A DNA stretch of 64,000 nt, taken from the IMG/VR virus record IMGVR_UViG_2754412371_000001, positions 1 through 64,000 of that record; one strand, written 5' to 3'. The notes below the pieces were generated by a model. The model had not been told where the DNA came from. It searched no databases and saw nothing but the letters and a program-made list of their open reading frames with translations. Within the stretch, counting starts at the first letter, position 1; each line of letters begins with the position of its first letter. Source of the stretch: a virus (Duplodnaviria; Caudoviricetes). A program made the translations under genes and the position numbers. Below, piece by piece: positions 63,366 to 64,000 of this stretch.

Positions 63366-64000
63366 CTACCGGGTAACAGAATTCGAGGAAACAAGGTTCG
63401 GATATCCGCCAAAGTTGATGACGTTGCCGTGAGCGCGGCAGCCGAGCTTCCCCTCCATTGTTCGATCGCAAACCTGCATCGGACCGTTGTATCGGCAGGT
63501 GCTTCCGTCGCGATAGATCCACTGGCAAAAGTCACGCCGCTGGATCCGCTTCGGGAACATCTTCTGCAGGCCGTTCTCCGCTCCAAGCGTCCACGACACT
63601 GTGTAGTTGGTCGCCGACGCGTTGACGACCTCGAAATACTCCTGCACCTCCGGAGTGCCGTCCAGGTTGTCGGCCGAGCACACGATCACGATCACCGGGA
63701 AACCCGTGCCGCCGCTGTAGTCCTGCATCTTCTGCAGGAGCACGCGCGCGTAGTCCAGGACCGACAGCATGATCTGCGGCTGCGTGCCGGTTTCCGCCTT
63801 GAGCTCAAGCGAGAACTGCGCCGCGGTGTAGTTCGCACCGTTGCGCGCGATGTCCTCGGTGTTGTTCACGAAGCGCAGCGTCTCTACGATCGCGCCTGTC
63901 GTGCGATCGAGCACGCCGATCTCGAGGAATGCCAGATACGGAACGTCGCTGCCGAGCTTGTTCTTCTCGATGACGCTGGCGACTGAGAGACGGTTACCCA
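63366..64000 (-). CDS. Minor tail protein (gpL-like), 5' end at window edge
   Basis: C-terminal C.W.Y...C.Y....CD.....C..H...FGG.P Cys motif; frame open to the window end (..GNRLSVASVIEKNK). Confidence 0.85.
   Translation of the reverse strand, partial: GNRLSVASVIEKNKLGSDVPYLAFLEIGVLDRTTGAIVETLRFVNNTEDIARNGANYTAAQFSLELKAETGTQPQIMLSVLDYARVLLQKMQDYSGGTGFPVIVIVCSADNLDGTPEVQEYFEVVNASATNYTVSWTLGAENGLQKMFPKRIQRRDFCQWIYRDGSTCRYNGPMQVCDRTMEGKLGCRAHGNVINFGGYPNLVSSNSVTR

Larger units (their letters stand above)
1..64000. mobile_element. Large temperate siphovirus / SSU5-pHCM2-like phage(-plasmid) element, partial (continues beyond right edge)
   Basis: Integrase at left end, co-oriented phage replication, recombination and nucleotide genes (DnaE, DnaB, primase, ligase, NrdAB, ThyX, CobST, SbcCD, RecA), lysis cassette and lambda-like tail tip genes; no host housekeeping operons. 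Family likeness is inferred from gene content. Confidence 0.85.

Noticed and set aside
1-64000. tRNA/rRNA genes and attachment-site repeats
   Set aside because: No cloverleaf-compatible gaps recognised by eye; att sites would lie outside the window (tRNAscan/ARAGORN not run)

Overview
The whole window is part of one large, GC-rich temperate phage or phage-plasmid-like element; a Burkholderiaceae-type host is inferred from composition and gene style. A tyrosine integrase sits at the left end on the + strand. Almost all other genes run on the - strand. In window order: small accessory genes (SLOG/DUF2493, MazG-like, NinX-like, RNase H, DEDDh exonuclease, an rtcB remnant, an RNA ligase); nucleotide metabolism (Nmad5-like, P-loop kinase, MazG, ThyX, NrdB, NrdA); recombination (RuvC-like, SbcCD, RecA, 5'-3' exonuclease, gp32-like SSB, UvsY-like); DnaE with a C-terminal UDG-like domain; a sigma-70-like protein; CobS/CobT; a divergent XRE regulator; DNA ligase; primase; DnaB; an Hfq-like protein; a lysis cassette; and siphovirus tail genes running off the right edge. 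This gene set resembles SSU5/pHCM2-type phage-plasmids. The strongest non-coding signal is a semi-palindrome (WWAGTCA-N4-TKACTTAY) with 16 clear and about 5 weaker copies. It sits almost only at gene junctions and often abuts a -10 box that lacks a -35. Other notable items are a possible second promoter class (ATCCRAG-N10-[-10]), the phage Hfq-like gene, structured non-coding regions and the DnaE-UDG fusion. All family assignments are by eye from motifs; no searches were run.
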